From NCBI RefSeq assembly GCF_027359375.1, contig NZ_CP114779.1, forward strand, positions 1,481,598-1,505,597: a DNA stretch of 24,000 bases, given 5' to 3'. The number at the start of each line of letters is the position of its first letter. The first letter of the stretch is position 1. Source of the DNA: Prochlorococcus marinus str. MIT 0919. Lineage in GTDB: Bacteria; Cyanobacteriota; Cyanobacteriia; PCC-6307; Cyanobiaceae. The notes beneath the pieces were generated by a model. That model made no database searches, had not been told where the DNA came from, and saw nothing but the letters and a program-made list of their open reading frames with translations. Of the stretch, positions 19,646-24,000 are shown piece by piece. A program made the position numbers and the translations under genes.

Positions 19646-20977
19646 ATGAAATCAGACTTGTTTGATAATTTGCCTTGTCTTCCTAAAGATTTGGCTTTTA
19701 GCATTTTAGACACTCCAGTTAATTGCTTGAAACTTTCAAGTGACTATTACAAAGCAATTTTTCATTTAGCTAAATACCCAGGGTTTGAAACCGAAGAAAA
19801 ACTTATTTTCTTTCTTAACAATCAATCTTCTGAGCAGCCTATACACATTGCAAAAAGAAAAGCGATAGAAGTTTTAGCTCAATTAAATTGTAAGCGGGCA
19901 ATGCCTTTTATTAGAGTTTATTTAGATAGTCCTGATCCATATACTGTAGAAAGCACCATATGGTCATTGCAAGAACTTGGTTGCCGAGATAAAGCCTTTG
20001 TTAGAAAAGTCAGTTCTTTACTTTGTAAGCCAAATCAAAATCATAGGTTTCTAATTCAAGCACTTGTCAAAATGGAAGCAAAATCTGAAATTCATATAAT
20101 AAGAGATTTTTTTAATAATCCAATTGCATCACAAGCTGCGAAAGGTGCATGTATAGCAGCATTCTCAAAATTGATAGGAGACAAATCTTGCTTGGATCAA
20201 TTGCAGGATTTCTTGAAATCTTCAAATCAGAATGATAGACAATCTGCTGTTCAAGATATTATAGATTCCAATAGTATAAATCTTCTTCCAAGAGTTCTAG
20301 AAGCTCCAATATCTCCATTTTTTAAATGCCGTGCAATTAATTCTTTATTCACTGAAGATTTGTCACCTGAGAAGAATCAGGGAATTAATGTTCTAGAATT
20401 TATTAATAGAGTTTTAATTGATAATCCAAGTCAGATATCTAATTTATACCATTATGGAAGCACTACAGATGTAAATTATTTGATCAATCAGCTACTCAAT
20501 ACAGATTTTGCAAAATCTTATGGCGCAATAGAAATTTTGATGACCAAAGATATCAGAGATCTATTACCTTGCTTAAAGAAATTATGGGATAAATTGACAA
20601 AAGATTATGGCTCGATTTATTTCTTGACAATGCTTTTTAGAGACATAGGAAAGCTAGAAAAACATGATCAAAATAAAATTAAAAAGTTCTTATTTTCTTG
20701 TTTAGGAAATAATTGGCCTTTGTTTATGAAGTTTAGGCCTTCAGCAATTATATCTTTAATGATGATAGACAAAGCTATGTGCAAAGATTATATACCTAAT
20801 TGGCTAGATGAAAAAAATAATCCATATTGGGCTTGTCGCTATGCTGTATTGATGTCTATTGAAGACTCATTTAATCTAGATGAAATAATAGAATTTTCTC
20901 CAATTATCCAAACTCTTAATCGAGATAGTCATAGGTTTGTACGAGCAAAGGCTTTACAGATTGCTTCTAAGTTCTAG
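19646..20977 (+). CDS. cpeY: Phycoerythrobilin lyase CpeY (HEAT-repeat, E/F type)
   Basis: 443 aa with GFETEEKLIFFLNN...HIAKRKAIEVLAQLNCKRAMPFIRVYLDSPDPYTVESTIWSLQELGC, the size and repeat pattern of CpeY. Located in the PE island. Confidence 0.88.
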   Translation: MKSDLFDNLPCLPKDLAFSILDTPVNCLKLSSDYYKAIFHLAKYPGFETEEKLIFFLNNQSSEQPIHIAKRKAIEVLAQLNCKRAMPFIRVYLDSPDPYTVESTIWSLQELGCRDKAFVRKVSSLLCKPNQNHRFLIQALVKMEAKSEIHIIRDFFNNPIASQAAKGACIAAFSKLIGDKSCLDQLQDFLKSSNQNDRQSAVQDIIDSNSINLLPRVLEAPISPFFKCRAINSLFTEDLSPEKNQGINVLEFINRVLIDNPSQISNLYHYGSTTDVNYLINQLLNTDFAKSYGAIEILMTKDIRDLLPCLKKLWDKLTKDYGSIYFLTMLFRDIGKLEKHDQNKIKKFLFSCLGNNWPLFMKFRPSAIISLMMIDKAMCKDYIPNWLDEKNNPYWACRYAVLMSIEDSFNLDEIIEFSPIIQTLNRDSHRFVRAKALQIASKF

Positions 20978-20988
20978 ATTATTTAATT

Positions 20989-21014
20989 AAGAAAATATTA
21001 ATCAATATTTTCTT
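20989..21014. terminator. Candidate bidirectional terminator between convergent cpeY and cpeT
   Basis: Perfect 11-bp stem AAGAAAATATT-AATC-AATATTTTCTT. It overlaps the cpeT 3' end and sits 12 nt after the cpeY stop. Confidence 0.45.
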
Positions 21015-21576
21015 CTAGCCTGACAAATTTAAGAGCACCAGATATCGAACCCCAAATCTTTTCATTTGTATCTATATCAAATCCTTCATCTATACTCACC
21101 CAGCTATGTTTATTTATCTCCACTTGGCTTATTAAATAAGTTTCTTTGCCATCCTTTTGTATGATACATTTCTTACAATTCTTTAGCTTTCCTATATAAT
21201 GACCTTTATCTAATTCGGTAAATTCCATTTCGCAACCATTTCTAATTTTTATTTGACCTGCTTCGATATATTTCAGTAAATCACTTTGGAATCCAGCTCC
21301 AGCAACTTTTTTTGAATTAGTCAACATGAAATTCTTTAATAAAAAAGTGTTATTCTCGTAATATAATTTATGTACAGCTTGACGATATGGCGACCATGGA
21401 CTGTAGTTGAAACTTTGCTCGGAATAAAAACTAGGCACATTAAATAAATCAATTGGAAGCGTTCTTACATATATATCAATATGTGCAAAGTCTTTTGGAC
21501 TATTAATTGCTTGCTCTTTATTACTAAAGTGACCGGTAAATGCTCTAGTAAAGTTATCTAATCTACTTAGATTCAT
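20998..21576 (-). CDS. cpeT: Phycobilin lyase CpeT (CpcT/CpeT family)
   Basis: 192 aa; FTGHFSNKEQAINSPKDFAHIDIYVRTLP...FYSEQSFNYSPWSPYRQAVHKL..., CpcT/CpeT-like. Confidence 0.92.
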   Translation of the reverse strand: MNLSRLDNFTRAFTGHFSNKEQAINSPKDFAHIDIYVRTLPIDLFNVPSFYSEQSFNYSPWSPYRQAVHKLYYENNTFLLKNFMLTNSKKVAGAGFQSDLLKYIEAGQIKIRNGCEMEFTELDKGHYIGKLKNCKKCIIQKDGKETYLISQVEINKHSWVSIDEGFDIDTNEKIWGSISGALKFVRLEENID

Positions 21577-22099
21577 TAATTCTTACTTCAGAGCAGAACG
21601 AAGATTGCAATATCCCTGACCCTTTTGTTGTACTAACAATAGATGACCTGCATCGAAAATTATCGGTTTGAAACCATATCTTTTCCTCTGCAAAAGATTG
21701 ATTATATTCCGTTGATAATATCAAGGTGCCATCATCTAAAAAATTAAACTTAGATATGGTTTTTACTTTTTCGGTATAGCCAATGCTTCGAATAATAATC
21801 CCATTTTCTTTCCCAGTTATTATAGGAACTAATATAGTTGATCCTTGCATGTTGCCTTCTAGATCATTATTTCCCCAATCACTATCTGGATTCCAACTTA
21901 TTTTAAAAGGGGATTTAATAGTTCCAGTTTGAGCGTTGTACTCCTCAGCCAGTTTTTTGACATTGGGATTATTACTAGTTAAAGATTCAATTGAAATAGT
22001 ACTGACAATGTCTTCAAATTGCTTGAAAGCTAGGGAATGGCTGCTTCTCATTGACTTCCATTTGCCTAGGCTTTGAGCGACAAATTGCTCAATCCTCAT
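21563..22099 (-). CDS. cpeS: Phycobilin lyase CpeS (CpcS/CpeS family)
   Basis: 178 aa; MRIEQFVAQSLGKWKSMRSSHSLAFKQFEDI...EKIWFQTDNFRCRSSIV, CpeS-family pattern. Directly upstream of cpeT. Confidence 0.92.
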   Translation of the reverse strand: MRIEQFVAQSLGKWKSMRSSHSLAFKQFEDIVSTISIESLTSNNPNVKKLAEEYNAQTGTIKSPFKISWNPDSDWGNNDLEGNMQGSTILVPIITGKENGIIIRSIGYTEKVKTISKFNFLDDGTLILSTEYNQSFAEEKIWFQTDNFRCRSSIVSTTKGSGILQSSFCSEVRINESK

Positions 22100-22277
22100 C
22101 TTCAGTATTTAAAGCTTTTTCTTTACCAGCCCTTAAATCTGGATGACTACCTTGTTGAATCATTCTTACCATTGAATCCACCATCATTGACATTGCCATT
22201 GGAACTTCTTTGCCGGATGGAGTTTGAGCGGATTGATCCCCTGGTTTTTTGTTCGAATTAGGTCTCTTTATAGTCAT
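22089..22277 (-). CDS. Small uncharacterised phycoerythrin-island protein
   Basis: 62-aa ORF MTIKRPNSNKKPGDQSAQTPSGKEVPMAMSMMVDSMVRMIQQGSHPDLRAGKEKALNTEDED. Overlaps the cpeS start by 11 bp and is spaced like an operon member after the linker gene. Confidence 0.7.
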   Translation of the reverse strand: MTIKRPNSNKKPGDQSAQTPSGKEVPMAMSMMVDSMVRMIQQGSHPDLRAGKEKALNTEDED

Positions 22278-22293
22278 TCTAATGTTTCTTGCA

Positions 22294-23088
22294 TCAACAA
22301 TTTAGATTATCACTAGTTGCAAAACCCTTTTGATAGGCAGCAGTCTTTATAAAGCTTGATGTCCTAGCCCCTATAGGGGAGTCCCAAAATCGCTCGTAAG
22401 GGACTACATCCTCACCAAACAACTCTTGGTATTCTATTGAATCTATAATTGAATCAATATGATTATCGAAACCATAAGAGTTAATCAACTCTATATTGTT
22501 TATTAGCTCATTTTGATCAACGATTGGCCGTCCAAGTAAATGCTTGAAATTCATTTCTAAGCATTTAATCTGACTGACTTTTGTAAAATAGTGATATTTG
22601 TAGAAACTTGACTTAGCAAGATCTCTTACAAAATCTCTAATACAGATATCTCCATTCCGGAGTCGTCTTTCAGAGTCTATAGACTTTTCACTATCCATTG
22701 GGTACAAGTTTCCATAAACTTGTTTATAACAAGCAGTTATTGCAATTTTTAGTGAAGAGTCGTCATATGGTGTATATACTTGATAAGTAAAAGCCTCAAT
22801 ATTATCTGTAATATACTTTTTACCAATTGGTTTTTGTTCAATTAGATAATTCTCACGTTTATATAATCTAGTAAAAGTATTCTCAAGTGATATTAGGTTT
22901 GGTTTTAAGCCTGAATATAAGTTTTCCTTGAATTTAGTTGGTTGGCCTGGCATACAAGCACTTTTTGAGTGCATATAATAAGTAGTCTGATTACTTCCCG
23001 CCACTCTACTTTTACCATAGCTGATTGGATGCTTGGTGTTTATACCTGAAAGTATTCTTTCGAAAGAATTTTTAGTAAGATGTTTCAT
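22294..23088 (-). CDS. ppeC: Phycoerythrin-associated linker protein with a PBS linker domain (PpeC/MpeC-like)
   Basis: 264 aa with a PBS linker domain signature (LRNGDICIRDFVRDLAKSSFYKYHYF...LEMNFKHLLGRPIVDQNEL...YGFDNHIDSIIDSIEYQELFGEDVVPYERF). Confidence 0.87.
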   Translation of the reverse strand: MKHLTKNSFERILSGINTKHPISYGKSRVAGSNQTTYYMHSKSACMPGQPTKFKENLYSGLKPNLISLENTFTRLYKRENYLIEQKPIGKKYITDNIEAFTYQVYTPYDDSSLKIAITACYKQVYGNLYPMDSEKSIDSERRLRNGDICIRDFVRDLAKSSFYKYHYFTKVSQIKCLEMNFKHLLGRPIVDQNELINNIELINSYGFDNHIDSIIDSIEYQELFGEDVVPYERFWDSPIGARTSSFIKTAAYQKGFATSDNLNC

Positions 23089-23100
23089 TTAAGAGATTGA

Positions 23101-24000
23101 TCAATTATCCAGATCTGCCATAAGTATATTTTCCATTTTTGATGAAGTATCAAGTTTGAATTTTTTAATACTAACCTTGTCCAGTATTAATACTGCAATA
23201 ATAGTTATAATTATTTCTAAAAAGAATACAAATGAGAATGCTATTAATGGATTTTCAGGCCCTGATATAACCCTTCCAATATCCAGCAAGCCTCCTCCTA
23301 GTAACTTGCCCATAGCTCTTGAGAGCGCTTGTGCAAGTCCCCATACCCCTACAAATGTGCCTGCCACTTCCGGTAAAGTTAAATCAAGCATTAAAGATAG
23401 TGCACTATTTGTAGCTATACCCGCTGCTAATCCAAATATGAATAATACTCCGAATAGTAGGTTTTCATTTTTAACAAAACCACTCAAGACTAATAAAATT
23501 AGTGATGATGTTATCATCCAGCAACCAATTTTTGCAGTTGAGAACTTCCCAATCCTAGGCGTTATCCATAGGCCTGCAATTAAAAGTCCTATGAGTGTAC
23601 CTACTCCCCAATATGCATTTAGTAATGTTGTTTTAGATATTGGTAAACTAAAAACTTCAGCTCCAAAACTTTCTAAAATTGGATCTTGCAAGAAAAGACC
23701 TAATGTATAAAAAATTAGGAAGCTAAAGAATATAAATATTTGCTTACTAGATAATATCAATGCCCAAGCTTCTTTAAGGCCAATTTCCTTGGCTTCATTT
23801 TTTTTACTATGTATTTGCTTTGTACCTTTTTTTTCAATCCCTAGACAAGAAATGATTGAAATTGCAAAGATAATTAAACCGACTCGAAGCATAAATTTCT
23901 GCAGGGTTGTCTGCAAAATCAATGGGTCAGATATTCCATCAAGACCTTTAGTTGCTATTGATATTGCTATCGCACCTACGACTATTCCAATCGTTAGCAT
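23101..24000 (-). CDS. PucC/BCH2-family major facilitator (light-harvesting assembly or chlorophyll transporter-like), truncated by the window edge
   Basis: 299-aa C-terminal portion with multiple hydrophobic helices and SLMLDLTLPEVAGTFVGVWGLAQALSRAMGKLLGGGLLDIGR, characteristic of BCD/PucC MFS proteins. The Met at the edge is probably internal. Confidence 0.82.
   Translation of the reverse strand: MLTIGIVVGAIAISIATKGLDGISDPLILQTTLQKFMLRVGLIIFAISIISCLGIEKKGTKQIHSKKNEAKEIGLKEAWALILSSKQIFIFFSFLIFYTLGLFLQDPILESFGAEVFSLPISKTTLLNAYWGVGTLIGLLIAGLWITPRIGKFSTAKIGCWMITSSLILLVLSGFVKNENLLFGVLFIFGLAAGIATNSALSLMLDLTLPEVAGTFVGVWGLAQALSRAMGKLLGGGLLDIGRVISGPENPLIAFSFVFFLEIIITIIAVLILDKVSIKKFKLDTSSKMENILMADLDN

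Noticed and set aside
22073-22261. 62-aa + ORF
   Set aside because: Antisense to the small PE-island ORF and the cpeS start. The opposite frame has better gene spacing.
23156-23710. 184-aa + ORF
   Set aside because: Although long, it is fully antisense to the PucC/BCH2-like gene and lacks recognisable motifs. The opposite frame has clear MFS motifs.

Overview
This is an AT-rich cyanobacterial chromosome window. Gene content and protein sequences fit a low-light-adapted Prochlorococcus; this is an inference, as no database was searched. From left to right it contains: the divergent folK (5' fragment) and chlD; an MCE-domain protein with its ABC ATPase; a membrane-anchored YvcK/CofD-type protein convergent with ndhC-ndhK-ndhJ; the photosystem II assembly and cytochrome b559 cluster (rubredoxin, ycf48, psbE, psbF, psbL, psbJ); mtnP divergent from an FAD-oxidoreductase/SelD fusion; a CCA/poly(A) polymerase-family gene, a UvrD/PcrA helicase and a small coiled-coil ORF; and then a compact phycoerythrin island. 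The island holds cpeB, cpeA, cpeZ, an E/F-type HEAT-repeat bilin lyase of the CpeF/MpeV/MpeU kind, cpeY, cpeT, cpeS, a 62-aa unknown ORF, a PBS-linker-domain protein, and a truncated PucC/BCH2-type transporter. No CRISPR array, transposase, tRNA or rRNA was recognised. The most interesting part is the phycoerythrin system. It has a minimal bilin complement (alpha keeps only the Cys82-equivalent, beta keeps Cys50/61, 82 and the 165-equivalent) matched by a nearly one-to-one set of lyases. It also has a linker with an N-terminal cysteine candidate for chromophorylation, a conserved-looking small ORF of unknown role, an attenuator-like hairpin between cpeA and cpeZ, and a structured cpeB leader with a possible small ORF.
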